Assembly: GCA_963845245.1 (NCBI GenBank)
Contig: CAWJRJ010000017.1
Coordinates: forward strand, 32,001 to 96,000
Direction of reading: 5' to 3'
DNA length: 64,000 bases
DNA from: Nitrospirota bacterium
GTDB lineage: Bacteria; Nitrospirota; JACRHJ01
The notes beneath the pieces are model-generated. The model did not search any database, was not told where the DNA came from, and saw nothing but the letters and a program-made list of their open reading frames with translations. The stretch's first letter is position 1. Each line of letters starts with the position of its first letter. The position numbers were made by a program, and so were the translations under genes. This document shows, piece by piece, positions 40,817 to 51,130 of the stretch.

Positions 40817-40907
40817 CGTAATCCTCCCCTATACCCCTCGCCCTGCAATGGGAGAGGGTGGCGCGAAGCGACGGGTGAGGGCTGCTAAGGGGGACGGAGG
40901 GGGTTAT
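40817..40907. repeat. Composite miniature repeat: BoxC-like element nested in a second palindromic element
   Basis: cgtaatcctcccctatac[ccctcgccc...gggagaggg...gggtgaggg]ctgctaagggggacggagggggttat. Confidence 0.6.
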
Positions 40908-40954
40908 GAAAACACGGAGGCCCTCATGCTCAACCTGACCGAAAGCTGTCCCTG

Positions 40955-43609
40955 TCATTTGCTGTCAACCAGGAACTTCCACGGCGCGTAGCCGGGGTAT
41001 ATCGCGTTCACCGCGCTCGTCACCTCGTTGAACTCCTGGTCTCCAAGGATGCCCCCCATATATTTTACGTGGGCCTTGTCCGCTATATATGCGACTGCGA
41101 GGTTAGCCTTCCATCTCGATTCTACTCTTGCGCGCGCCTCCTTGTCCTCGGGCAGTTGCAGGTAAGGCAGGATGCTTTCCCTGTGGCTAGTGACGTACTG
41201 CATATCGGAGGCCATAAGGCTGTTGTTGCCGATGTTACGAGGGGCGGAAAACTCGAGGTAGAGGTTGTCGTCTGTATTTGTCTTTCCGCCGCGGCAAAAT
41301 TCCCTGACGCCGTCGTTCCCCATTACGAAATAGCTGAGGAAGGCTTCCGCCGAACCCATGTTCACGGCCTTCAGGTCTCTCAACACGGCGGGGTTGCCGT
41401 TTATCTTCCGGTCAATCTCATCTTCATCGAGCACTATGGGTGAGTCGCTGCCGACTAGCTCGGCATCGTTGAATGTAAGCCACACCATCGTGTATTTGAA
41501 ATTTTCGCTGAAGGTCTTTACGACAGACTTCAGGTCGTCTTCAGAGAGCTCATATATGGGCAGCCACTGGCAGGCGACACCGCCTGGGTTGAGATGTTCC
41601 GAGACAAGCTTGAAATACTCCCCCGTATAAAGGTAGCCCGCCCCGCTGAACCAGGGGTGCACGGGGTCGGCGGTGACGACGTCGAATTTGTCCCTTGTGG
41701 TCAGAAGGAAGTTCCGTCCGTCCTCGAATACTATATGCAGCCTTGGGTCATCAAGGACGTTGTTGTTGTATTTGCTGAAGGTGCGCGTCACTCCGAGCAC
41801 CTTGGGCTCTATCTCAGCGAGCGTGATATTCTCCACTTCCGGATAGGCAGCGGTTGCCCCGAGGGTCATACCGCTGCCCGCGCCGAGGACGAAGACGCTG
41901 CGGGGAGGCGTCTTGTGCAGCAGCATAGGCAGGTGGCCGAGCGTGTACTGGCACTGTATGTCGTTTGCCTTGTTGGACGCCTCTGGGCGTCCGTTCGTCA
42001 GGAAAGCCTGGACCCCGCACCCTTCCCTTATCGAACTCACTATTGTGTTAGCACCCTCCGCGTAGTACAGGACCTCCGTATCTTGCAGATAATCGTGTAC
42101 CCACCCTGGCGACAGGTAAAGCTCCTGCTTGCTCTTCACGAACGTCGCGAAGAGCTTGGTGTCCCACAGCTTCCAGGCGCCGGGGCTTAGGGAAACCGCC
42201 AGTATCGAAGCCGCCACGGCAGCCGATACACCGATGATTACCGACTTGCCGGCCCGGATGCTCACAATCACGATGATGCCGAACCCGATGTTGACGAGGG
42301 TGAGTATCTGGAGGGACCGCTCTATCCCGACCAGGTATACCAGGACGAAGCCGCTGACAATCGTGCCGAGGATGGCCCCGACCGTATTGAACGCCAGTAC
42401 CTCTCCGACCGCCTTGCCTACCGTCTTTTTATACCCCGCATGTATACTCCCGGCCAGAGGGAAGGCGACGCCCATGAAAAAGGCGGGGACGAACATGTAG
42501 AGAAATGCGATCACCATGTCAGCCCATTGCCTTGCCTGGAAACTGTCAACGTAAAGTCCTTTAAAGTAGCTGTGCAGAAGGGATGAGCGCATCGGCAGGC
42601 TCCCGATGTATATCGTCACTATCAGCGCGGTTATCCCGATTATCACCTGGACTATGCCGAACCAGAATACATGCCGGGTCAGGGATGATGCCGCTACCTT
42701 TTTTCCTTTGCTGGTCAACCTTGCGAATGCCCCGTAAGCCGTGCTTCCCGCGGCTATGCCGGAAAGGAACGCCATGAGCATGATCGCGAAGCCGTAAACG
42801 CTCGCGGAGACGGCCAGGCACAGGATACGGGTCCAGAGTACCTCGTAGCCCAGTGCGCAGAAACCGCTGATGCCGATACCCCAGATTACCAGGCGGAAAG
42901 GGAGGTCCGTCTTTGGCCCCGGCAGGTCGGTAACTGATTTTACCGGCGCGACCTCTTTCCTGGACGGCTCTGTCCCGGGGATGGCTTTCGCCTTTTCCTG
43001 GAGCAGTATGGCGAGGATCCCGATGAAGACGTTGACCGCTACGGCTATATAGAGTGTCGTACTGACCGAGAAGAAACGCAGGAAGACGAAACCAGCCGCT
43101 GCGCAGCCCGCCACGGCCCCGAGCGTGTTGAAACCGTAAAGAAACGAGAGGCGGACACTGATGTCCTTCTCACGGCCAGAGATGAAGCTGGACAGGACCG
43201 GAAGGGTCCCGCCCATGAGCGTGGTCGGGACGATCATGGCTATGGCAGCGAATGACGCGCGGATGAAGTAAAGGTAGGTAGTGGATGTTGGCGCGATCCG
43301 GGCCAGGGGGACGTAGATCGACGGGTAAAGGCGCATCAACAGGACGAAGACGAGGGCAAATACTGCAATGCCCAGTTCGAGGAACCCGTAAAAGCGAAGG
43401 AGTTTCTTCACCCCCAATGCCCGCTTGCCTATTGTGTAGCTGCCCAAGGCGAGGCCGCCCATGAAAACTGCCAATACCGTGGTGACTGCAAGATGAGAGC
43501 CGCCCAGGATGAGGCTCAGGTAACGGACCCATACCACTTCGTAAATGAGGGCGGCGGCGCCGGAAAGGAAAAAGACCAGGTAAACAGCCGACAAAAGCAA
43601 ATATTGCAT
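40955..43609 (-). CDS. Fused membrane (MFS-like) / spermidine-synthase-like SAM-binding protein
   Basis: Two SGAAALIYEVVW / SGFCALGYEVLW membrane repeats; VLGAGSG, EIEP, EDGRNFL, DPVHPW, CQWLP. Confidence 0.9.
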   Translation of the reverse strand: MQYLLLSAVYLVFFLSGAAALIYEVVWVRYLSLILGGSHLAVTTVLAVFMGGLALGSYTIGKRALGVKKLLRFYGFLELGIAVFALVFVLLMRLYPSIYVPLARIAPTSTTYLYFIRASFAAIAMIVPTTLMGGTLPVLSSFISGREKDISVRLSFLYGFNTLGAVAGCAAAGFVFLRFFSVSTTLYIAVAVNVFIGILAILLQEKAKAIPGTEPSRKEVAPVKSVTDLPGPKTDLPFRLVIWGIGISGFCALGYEVLWTRILCLAVSASVYGFAIMLMAFLSGIAAGSTAYGAFARLTSKGKKVAASSLTRHVFWFGIVQVIIGITALIVTIYIGSLPMRSSLLHSYFKGLYVDSFQARQWADMVIAFLYMFVPAFFMGVAFPLAGSIHAGYKKTVGKAVGEVLAFNTVGAILGTIVSGFVLVYLVGIERSLQILTLVNIGFGIIVIVSIRAGKSVIIGVSAAVAASILAVSLSPGAWKLWDTKLFATFVKSKQELYLSPGWVHDYLQDTEVLYYAEGANTIVSSIREGCGVQAFLTNGRPEASNKANDIQCQYTLGHLPMLLHKTPPRSVFVLGAGSGMTLGATAAYPEVENITLAEIEPKVLGVTRTFSKYNNNVLDDPRLHIVFEDGRNFLLTTRDKFDVVTADPVHPWFSGAGYLYTGEYFKLVSEHLNPGGVACQWLPIYELSEDDLKSVVKTFSENFKYTMVWLTFNDAELVGSDSPIVLDEDEIDRKINGNPAVLRDLKAVNMGSAEAFLSYFVMGNDGVREFCRGGKTNTDDNLYLEFSAPRNIGNNSLMASDMQYVTSHRESILPYLQLPEDKEARARVESRWKANLAVAYIADKAHVKYMGGILGDQEFNEVTSAVNAIYPGYAPWKFLVDSK

Positions 43610-43800
43610 GATACTCCCTGACGCATGGCCAATGTAGCAGCCATGGTGTTGGTTTATATAGATTATCCCCTACTGTTACCCATTGTGCAACTATACTTTA
43701 ACCGGTTTTCCAATACAAGAAATAATTGACCGGGATGCTCGCCTCAATTATCATGTTATAATTCCTACAATATTGCAGACTTCTAAAACACGGAGGCCCC

Positions 43801-44193
43801 ATGCTAAAACTGACCGATGAAATGAAAGACCTGCTGAAGGACAACCTCTGTTACATCGCGACCGCGTCGCCGGATGGCGTGCCGTGTGTCGCGCCGAAGT
43901 CATGCCGGTTCACGGACGACGGCAGGCTCTACTACATCGAGTGGGCGGGGAAGCTGACTTATGACAACCTGAAGGCTAACCCCAGGATAGCCATCTCCAC
44001 CTGCTCGCATGACAAGAAGACTAGCTACCGCATTATGGGGAAGGCCGAAATACTGACAAGCGGCCCGCTGTTTGAGAAGGAGAATACGCGCAGACTGGAG
44101 AAGGGCAAACGCGCCGTGATTGCCATAGTGATGGTGGACGTCGAGGCCGTGTATGACATGGGCAAGAAAAACCCGGGGGGAAGGGTAATATAA
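43801..44193 (+). CDS. Pyridoxamine 5'-phosphate oxidase-like FMN-binding protein
   Basis: IATASPDGVP, TYDNLKANPRI, YRIMGKAEI. Confidence 0.85.
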   Translation: MLKLTDEMKDLLKDNLCYIATASPDGVPCVAPKSCRFTDDGRLYYIEWAGKLTYDNLKANPRIAISTCSHDKKTSYRIMGKAEILTSGPLFEKENTRRLEKGKRAVIAIVMVDVEAVYDMGKKNPGGRVI

Positions 44194-44207
44194 AGGGAAT
44201 GTGCGAT

Positions 44208-44828
44208 ATGAAAAGAATTGTTGTTGTATTGTTTGTATTGCTCGCGGCTGTTGTTTTGGTGACGAATGCATATGCTGAACATGATATTGGCCTGATATTA
44301 AAGGAGCTGAACCTTGCACGCACGAACCCGGCCAAATACGCCCAGTTTCTGAAGGAGAGAAGGGTGTATTACAAGGGGAAAATATACGGCACGGGCGAGG
44401 GGATGACATTCACGACGGAAGAAGGTGTTCGTGCCGTGGACGAGGCCATCGATTTCCTTGAGAAGGCCAAACCTGTGGGGCCGTTGATGCTCTCCGGCAG
44501 GCTTTCTGAAGCGGCGATGGCGCTTGTAAAGGCAAGTGGGCCGACTGGCAATACCGGGCATAACTCGGCAGGGGGCATGACCTTTGAGAAGCGCGTAGCA
44601 ATGTGCGGAATGTGGAAAATGTGTATAGGCGAGGACATAAGTTATGGCCCGACCGTGCCGAGAGAAATCGTCGTCCAGCTGATAATAGACGATGGCGTGA
44701 AAAGCAGGGGGCACAGGGCGAACATATTCAATCCGGACTTCAAGGTGGTCGGGATCGCTTGCGGGGAACATAAAGACTACGGCTACATGTGCGCTATTGA
44801 TTTTGCAGATAGCTTTAAGGCTAAATGA
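44208..44828 (+). CDS. CAP/SCP domain exported protein
   Basis: LNLARTNP, GEDISYG, LIIDDGVKSRGHRANIF. Confidence 0.88.
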   Translation: MKRIVVVLFVLLAAVVLVTNAYAEHDIGLILKELNLARTNPAKYAQFLKERRVYYKGKIYGTGEGMTFTTEEGVRAVDEAIDFLEKAKPVGPLMLSGRLSEAAMALVKASGPTGNTGHNSAGGMTFEKRVAMCGMWKMCIGEDISYGPTVPREIVVQLIIDDGVKSRGHRANIFNPDFKVVGIACGEHKDYGYMCAIDFADSFKAK

Positions 44829-44900
44829 AGAAGCCTGCTGCCTGACTTTGACCGCCCACAGACCTTATGATAGACTTTAATCCAAACAAGGAGGTTTATC

Positions 44901-45242
44901 ATGAAAAAGGCATTGCTGGTGGTAAGTCTGGTGGTGTTTTTCGTGGCGGGATATATAACCGGCAGCATCCAGACAAAGAACGCCATAGCCATTGAGCTTG
45001 GCGGCCTCACGGGTATCGGCGGCACCGTGGAGAGCCTCAAGAGCCTGGGCAAGACGGTAATCGAGATGCAGGAAAACGTGAACAAGCTCCAGACTAACAT
45101 CAACGATGTGAAGAAGGTCAAGGACGACATATCGACCTATTCGGGCGTATACGACAAAGTTACTGGGAAACCGGCGCCAAAGACCACAACGCCGACCACA
45201 CAGCCGGCTGCCACGCCCACATTAAAGGACTACCTGAAGTAG
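44901..45242 (+). CDS. Hypothetical exported coiled-coil protein
   Basis: AGGAGG RBS; upstream TTGACC-N17-TAGACT; hydrophobic N-terminus. Confidence 0.75.
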   Translation: MKKALLVVSLVVFFVAGYITGSIQTKNAIAIELGGLTGIGGTVESLKSLGKTVIEMQENVNKLQTNINDVKKVKDDISTYSGVYDKVTGKPAPKTTTPTTQPAATPTLKDYLK

Positions 45243-45297
45243 TCGGCAAGACAAGGCTCGCACGAACCCCTTGCCCCTCGGTGGTATCATCCTCCAA

Positions 45298-45339
45298 CTC
45301 CCCTCGCCCTGTAAAGGGAGAGGGTTGGGGGGTAAGGGT
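45298..45339. repeat. BoxC-like palindromic repeat
   Basis: ctcccctcgccctgtaaagggagagggttggggggtaagggt. Confidence 0.7.
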
Positions 45340-45374
45340 GTTCCCTTTAAGCACGGTTAAGAAGGAGGCACGCG

Positions 45375-46187
45375 ATGACAAAGAGACTATTCATATACGG
45401 TATCATCGCGGTGTTCAGCGCTGTGTTGCTGACCGCGTGTGCTGCGCCGCAGCAGAGCCAGTACCCGCCGCAGGACCAGTATTCACAGGGCGGGCAGTAT
45501 CAGCAGCAGGGCCAGTACCCGCCGCCGAGACAGTATCCACCACAGGACCAGTATCAACAGGGTGGCCAATATCCGCCGCCTCAGGACCAATACCAGCAGC
45601 AGGGCCAGTACCCGCCGCAGGAACAGGCTCCATCTACGGCTGAGCAGAACAAGGGTGCTATAATAGGCGGAACGACCGGCGCGGTTGCGGGCGGCATCAT
45701 CGGTGGAGTTATTGGCCACCAGACAGGGAACACCGGCGCGGGCGTGGTCATAGGTGCGCTACTGGGCGGACTGACGGGTGCGGCTGTAGGCCACTATGGC
45801 TACGACCAGAAACGCACCGAGGAACAGGCCCAGGCACAGTATAACTACGATTACAACCAGAGCCAGTCGAACCTCGTGAGGATAGAGTCATCCTCCGCCA
45901 CGCCGGACAGGGTCTATCCCGGCGACACGGTAAACCTGAACGCGACATACACCGTGCTCGGGCCGCAGGGCACCGAGATGGACGTGACCGAGACAAGGGA
46001 GGTCAGGCTTAACGGCGAGCTTCAGGGCAAGCCGCAGGTGACGGTAAGAAGGCGCGGCGGTACGTATGAGAGCAAGGTGCCGCTGATCCTTCCACAGGAC
46101 GCCCCGAGGGGCACGTACATCGTCACGACCACCATACAGTCGGGCCAGAGCAGCGACACCAGGGAGACCCGCTTCTCTGTCAGCTAA
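45375..46187 (+). CDS. Glycine-zipper lipoprotein with Q/Y/P low-complexity repeats and C-terminal Ig-like domain
   Basis: Lipobox LTAC; GAIIGG..GAVAGGIIG glycine zipper. Confidence 0.85.
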   Translation: MTKRLFIYGIIAVFSAVLLTACAAPQQSQYPPQDQYSQGGQYQQQGQYPPPRQYPPQDQYQQGGQYPPPQDQYQQQGQYPPQEQAPSTAEQNKGAIIGGTTGAVAGGIIGGVIGHQTGNTGAGVVIGALLGGLTGAAVGHYGYDQKRTEEQAQAQYNYDYNQSQSNLVRIESSSATPDRVYPGDTVNLNATYTVLGPQGTEMDVTETREVRLNGELQGKPQVTVRRRGGTYESKVPLILPQDAPRGTYIVTTTIQSGQSSDTRETRFSVS

Positions 46188-46204
46188 TAGTATCGTATCC
46201 GCAC

Positions 46205-46232
46205 GGCGGTGCGCCCCGTATGGCGCACCGCC
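46205..46232. repeat. Perfect 11-bp hairpin (terminator or REP-like)
   Basis: ggcggtgcgcc-ccgtat-ggcgcaccgcc. Confidence 0.55.
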
Positions 46233-46264
46233 TAATTACATAAAACGCCCGCCTCCCGCATTCC

Positions 46265-46293
46265 TTGACACTCTAGGGTATATCTGATATAAA
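46265..46293 (+). promoter_or_regulatory. Putative sigma70 promoter of cls
   Basis: TTGACA-N17-TATAAA. Confidence 0.65.
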
Positions 46294-46331
46294 CAAATCA
46301 TAGAGAAATAAGCTTTCACACAGGGTAGCTC

Positions 46332-47774
46332 ATGCTCATCGCAACAATTATAACAGTCTACCTCGTCAGTATAATCCTCTCCTGCATATATATCATCTAC
46401 GAGCACAACAGCCCCGCCGCCACCCTTGCGTGGCTCCTGTTCATGATCATCATGCCCTTCTTCGGACTCTTCGCATATCTGGTGTTCGGAAGGCGCAGGG
46501 TGAACATGAGGATAAAGCTCCTGCGCGCATTACGCGACGGCGTGGGCGACATAAGGAACAAACTCGAATTCCAGAACACGTTCAACTCCGTCGTGAAGTC
46601 CGGGGTATGCTCGAAGAAGTACGAGGACCTGATGCGGCTGGCCTACCGTTTCCCGGGGCTTCCCCCCACGATGGGCAACGGCATAAAGGTACTGAAGGAC
46701 GCGGATGCCTCATACCCCGAGATGTTCAAAAGCATAAGGGAGGCGAAGGAACACATACACGCCATGTACTATATCATCGAGCCGGACGAGACGGGCAGGA
46801 TGCTCCGGGACGCGCTGGTGGAGAAGGCGAAGGAGGGGGTCGAGGTCCGGCTGCTCTACGACGACATCGGCTCCGCCGACATGAAGCTCAGATTCTTCAA
46901 GCCGCTCATCGATGTTGGCGGCATGGTGCGGGAGTACCGGCCGGTCCACTTTGCAAGGCACAGGACGCTGTACGCGAACTTCAGGAACCACAGAAAGATC
47001 CTGGTGGTGGACGGCAAGACCGCGCACACCGGAGGGATAAACATCGGGGACGAATACCTGGGCAAGGACCCGGAAATGGGATACTGGCGCGACACCAATA
47101 TTCAAGTCACCGGTCCCGCCGCAAGCCACCTCCAGCTTATCTTCGCGGAGGACTGGTACTATGTCACGGGCGAGCTGCTTACGAAGGCATATGTAAAGCC
47201 CCCACACCAGGATGTCGAGAGCGGAGACGGTATAGTCCAGATAGTCCCATCAGGGCCGGACCGCTCCCGCAACCAGATAGCCCACCTCTACTTCACGGCC
47301 ATCACCTCGGCGCGCAAAAGGCTGTACATCACCACGCCGTACTTCGTTCCGGACGAGTCGGTGCAGACGGCTCTCATCGCCGCATGCCTGCGTGGAGTCG
47401 ATGTCAGGCTTCTCGTGCCCCAGATCTACGACAGGAAGATCATCAAGTACGCGAGCCATTCATACTTCCGCGAGCTTCTTGAGGTCGGGTGCAGGATATT
47501 CGAGTATAAGAAGGGGTTCGTCCATTCAAAGACTATGAGCGTGGACGGCGAGCTTGCTATAGTGGGTACGGCGAACATGGACCTGAGGAGTTTCAGGCTG
47601 AACTTCGAGGTGTGCGCAGTATGCTACTGCGGCGAGACGGCCAGGATGATGGACGAACAGTTCCTGGCCGACCTTGAGGATTCGGAGACGATAAGGATGA
47701 AGAGCTTCAGGAAACGCCCGCGCCCGGACATATTCATCGAGAACGTGGCAAGGCTGACGTCTTCTCTGCTCTAG
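46332..47774 (+). CDS. cls: Cardiolipin synthase
   Basis: PLDc_N TM hairpin; two HKD motifs (HRKILVVD, HSKTMSVD). Confidence 0.95.
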   Translation: MLIATIITVYLVSIILSCIYIIYEHNSPAATLAWLLFMIIMPFFGLFAYLVFGRRRVNMRIKLLRALRDGVGDIRNKLEFQNTFNSVVKSGVCSKKYEDLMRLAYRFPGLPPTMGNGIKVLKDADASYPEMFKSIREAKEHIHAMYYIIEPDETGRMLRDALVEKAKEGVEVRLLYDDIGSADMKLRFFKPLIDVGGMVREYRPVHFARHRTLYANFRNHRKILVVDGKTAHTGGINIGDEYLGKDPEMGYWRDTNIQVTGPAASHLQLIFAEDWYYVTGELLTKAYVKPPHQDVESGDGIVQIVPSGPDRSRNQIAHLYFTAITSARKRLYITTPYFVPDESVQTALIAACLRGVDVRLLVPQIYDRKIIKYASHSYFRELLEVGCRIFEYKKGFVHSKTMSVDGELAIVGTANMDLRSFRLNFEVCAVCYCGETARMMDEQFLADLEDSETIRMKSFRKRPRPDIFIENVARLTSSLL

Positions 47775-47786
47775 CCGCCCGCTATC

Positions 47787-48086
47787 TTATTGGTTGACCT
47801 TCAAAAGCAGCGTAAAAGAGTTGGCGAACCTGTCGCCCTCTTCCGCCTGTACCATCTTGTAGAAGTCGCATGTCCGGCAGTTCGAGGACTTCTTTGCATA
47901 AGTCCCCTGGACCTCTCCGCCGCACAAAGTACCGGCCACGACCCAGCAGGCCCTTCCGCCGTTCGTGCCCTCGTGTACTCCATCCAGGTTTTCCATCGTG
48001 GCAGCGGGGCAGACCCCGGAGTCATAAGAATGCCGCCCGCCCGGTTGTCTCCCACACTTCTTGAACTCCCAGCAGTTTAGCTTCAT
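47787..48086 (-). CDS. Two-CW domain Cys-rich protein
   Basis: NCWEFKKCGR...CPA...GRACWVVAGTLC...CRTCDFY; upstream TTGACA-N17-TATAAA on the minus strand. Confidence 0.85.
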   Translation of the reverse strand: MKLNCWEFKKCGRQPGGRHSYDSGVCPAATMENLDGVHEGTNGGRACWVVAGTLCGGEVQGTYAKKSSNCRTCDFYKMVQAEEGDRFANSFTLLLKVNQ

Positions 48087-48166
48087 TATGACCTCCACGA
48101 CCTCTTTAATAAGATATTTATAAAGAATATTAACGTGTTTGTCAAGAAAGGCTTTTGCCGCTTCTC

Positions 48167-49524
48167 CTAGATGCTATCCAGTAGAGCTATTATTTCTCCG
48201 GTTTTGGCTTCCATAAGCGCCCTGTCGCCCCTTGATTCCACGTTCAGCCTCACGAGTGGCTCGGTGTTGGACATGCGCAGGTTGAACCGCCAGTTTGCAA
48301 ACTCTATGCTCACGCCGTCGGTATGGTCAACTGACAACGCTCCGGGCGCGTAAAGTTCCTCCACCTTCCTGAGCGCAGCGGCGGGGTCTTCTATCTTGCG
48401 GTTTATCTCGCCGCTCACCGGATACAGCCTCTCACGTTCCTCCACAAGGGCCGATAGCGGCTTGCCGGTCTTCGCCATCAGCTCCAGCACGAGGAGCCAC
48501 GGTATCATGCCGCTGTCGCAGTATGAGAACTCCCTGAAATAGTGGTGCGCGGACATCTCTCCGCCGTACACCGCATCCTCCGCCCGCATCCGCTCCTTGA
48601 TGAACGCGTGGCCCGTCTTGCTCATAACCGGGACGCCGCCCGCCGTCTTTACGATATCTATGGTGTTCCAGGTCAGGCGCGGGTCGTGTATTATCTTGCC
48701 GCCCGGATGTTTTGCCAGCATCGCCTCTGCAAGCAGGCCCACGATGTAATAGCCCTCTATGAACCTGCCCTTCTCGTCGAAAAAGAAACACCGGTCGAAG
48801 TCGCCGTCCCATGCGACGCCGATGTCGGCGCCCGAGTCGATGACGGCCTTCGATGTAGCTTCACGGTTCTCGGGCAGCAGCGGATTCGGGATGCCGTTCG
48901 GGAACGTCCCGTCCGGCTCGTAGTTTACCCTAATGAACTGAAACGGAAGGTGGCGGCCCAGGATATTCAGTACAGGGCCCGCGCAGCCGTTGCCAGGGTT
49001 TACTACCACTTTGAATGGCGGAAGCTTCTGTGCGTCTATATACGAAGCTATGTGTTCCGCGTATGCGTGGCTGGTGTCGATAAGCTCGACCTCGCCCGTT
49101 TTGTCAGCGGACTTGAAAACTGCAGCTCCTGCAGCCAGTGCCTCGATCTCCCGTAGGCCGGTGTCTCCGCTTACGGGCCGTGAGCCTTCTCGCACCATCT
49201 TCATGCCGTTGTAGTTCGCCGGGTTGTGGCTCGCGGTCACCATTATCCCGCCGTCTGCTTCCAGGTGGGCTGTGGAGAAGTAGACCTGCTCTGTGCCGCA
49301 AAGGCCGATGTCATAGACCTTGCAGCCGGAGGCGGTGAGCCCGTTTATGAGCGCCCCCGCAATCGCCTTGCTCGACAGCCTGATGTCGCGCCCGACCACT
49401 ACGGTAGACGGTTTTATGTATTCGGCGAACGCGCGGCCAATACGATAGGCAAGCCCTCGTTCAGCTCTTCCGGGACCGCGCCTCGAATGTCGTACGCCTT
49501 AAAGCATGGGAGCCTGTCAGACAT
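48167..49524 (-). CDS. manB: Phosphomannomutase/phosphoglucomutase (frameshift near 49455)
   Basis: FKAYDIRG start, TASHNP, DGDFDR, GEMSAH. Confidence 0.93.
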
Positions 49525-50063
49525 CATGCACCGTTCCCGTTCAACAGGTCTTCTTCAAGCCGGATGTGGTCTGATTCTATCTCGGAGAGCGCGGTGAAAA
49601 CCTTCTTTACACGCGGCTCGATGGCCCTGTCGGCCGACATCATGTAGAAGTCGGTGGCAATGCGTTCGCGTTCGTGCGCGGTCTTTAGGTTCACCATGTC
49701 GTCGTCCGTGGCCTTCTCCCTGTGCGGTTCGGGAGCCGGGAAGCTGCAGTTCAGTATCTTGCGAAGGACGCTTGCGTGTTCCCCTTCTATCTTTGCAAGG
49801 CCTTTGAATATACCCTGAAGCTCCACGCCTTTGGCCCGTGCGGAAGCGTCCCGGTAGAATGGCGCGTTGTTCACCTCAAGCTGGAGCGCTTTTTCGAGGT
49901 TCCCGCGTGATACATCCGAAAGGGATGTTATCGACATATTCTCGTCCACCCATTCCGCGACCGGTACGAGGTATTTGGTCTTTGAGCCGCAGTATGGGCA
50001 ATTGGCCGGCTTGGTCTGCCCGATATAGACCTCGCCGCAGATCTGACACCTGAAGAATTTCAT
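49524..50063 (-). CDS. Rubredoxin-ferritin-like (reverse rubrerythrin-type) protein
   Basis: N-terminal CQIC...CPYC; ExxH motifs (IEGEH, IESDH). Confidence 0.85.
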   Translation of the reverse strand: MKFFRCQICGEVYIGQTKPANCPYCGSKTKYLVPVAEWVDENMSITSLSDVSRGNLEKALQLEVNNAPFYRDASARAKGVELQGIFKGLAKIEGEHASVLRKILNCSFPAPEPHREKATDDDMVNLKTAHERERIATDFYMMSADRAIEPRVKKVFTALSEIESDHIRLEEDLLNGNGA

Positions 50064-50221
50064 CCTTCCTCCATAAAAATTATAATAAAATATGGTAGGT
50101 TCAAATGCCCTTGATTGTCAAGGTTTTTTGGGCGGCGACAAGTAAATGCTTGCATGGCGGGCACCAATTTTATATCATCTTACTTTGTTGTACGTAGTAG
50201 CGTTTATTTTAAGGAAATATT

Positions 50222-51130
50222 TTGAAGCCAAACAGGCAGCAGATCCTCCCATACAACCGTATAATCCGTTCATTGGTCCCGGTTTTCCTTTTCTGCGTAA
50301 GAACATGGCCCTTGTGGTTCTCAAGGGCAGCCGCGTGGTTGACCACCGCCGTCTATTATCCTTTTTTTACAACCCGCAGGCACAATTACCAGGCAAACCT
50401 GAAGCATATACTTGGGAAAGATGTCGGTAACTGGACGCTCTTTAGAACAACCTTCAGGATGTGCGTATATAACGCGTATTATCTTATAGACCTTTTCAGG
50501 GTAAACGATGAAAGGGAAAGCAACCTTGAGTCTATACTGTCGGATGCCAGGGGTTACGAAAATATAACCGAGGCCTTGAAGGGCGGCAAGGGCGCGATAC
50601 TCCTAACCGCGCACTTGGGCAACTGGGAGCTCGGCGGTATTGTACTCTCTCAGCTCGGGCACCCGGTGAACGTGGTTTACTTCCCGGACGGCTCAGACCA
50701 TATAGAAGAGAACAGGACCCGCAAAAGACTGCTGCGCGGCGTGAAGGAGATACGCCTTGACCCGGACAGGATATCGCCCCTTGCGATGATGCGCGCCCTA
50801 CAAAATGGCGAACTTGTGGCTATGCAGGGCGACAAGCTGTACCATGACAGCGGGGTCAAGGTGCCGTTCTTCGATGCGCCCGCATATTTCCCCAAGGGGC
50901 CGGTCCTTCTATCCATGATGACCGGCGCGCCAATATTGCCCTCGTTCATTGTTATGGACAAAAACGCCAAATATAATATAATCGTCGACGAGGCGATCTA
51001 CCCCGTAAGGACCGGCGACCGCGAAAAGGATATCGAGGAGAACCTGAAGAAGGTCGTCAAGGTGTTTGAGAAGTACATAGGCATATATTACGAACAGTGG
51101 TATAGCTTCACGAAGGTATGGGATGATTAA
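50222..51130 (+). CDS. Lysophospholipid/lipid A acyltransferase family protein
   Basis: LTAHLGNWEL, MQGD, V.FFDAPA.FP.GP, EQWY. Confidence 0.88.
   Translation: MKPNRQQILPYNRIIRSLVPVFLFCVRTWPLWFSRAAAWLTTAVYYPFFTTRRHNYQANLKHILGKDVGNWTLFRTTFRMCVYNAYYLIDLFRVNDERESNLESILSDARGYENITEALKGGKGAILLTAHLGNWELGGIVLSQLGHPVNVVYFPDGSDHIEENRTRKRLLRGVKEIRLDPDRISPLAMMRALQNGELVAMQGDKLYHDSGVKVPFFDAPAYFPKGPVLLSMMTGAPILPSFIVMDKNAKYNIIVDEAIYPVRTGDREKDIEENLKKVVKVFEKYIGIYYEQWYSFTKVWDD

Noticed and set aside
45459..45621. CRISPR-like array
   Set aside because: Repeats are codon-phased, degenerate, lack unique spacers and lie in a lipoprotein CDS; no cas genes present.
46430..47482. 350-aa alternative-frame ORF overlapping cls
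   Set aside because: Arg/Gly/Pro-rich off-frame translation with no motif support.
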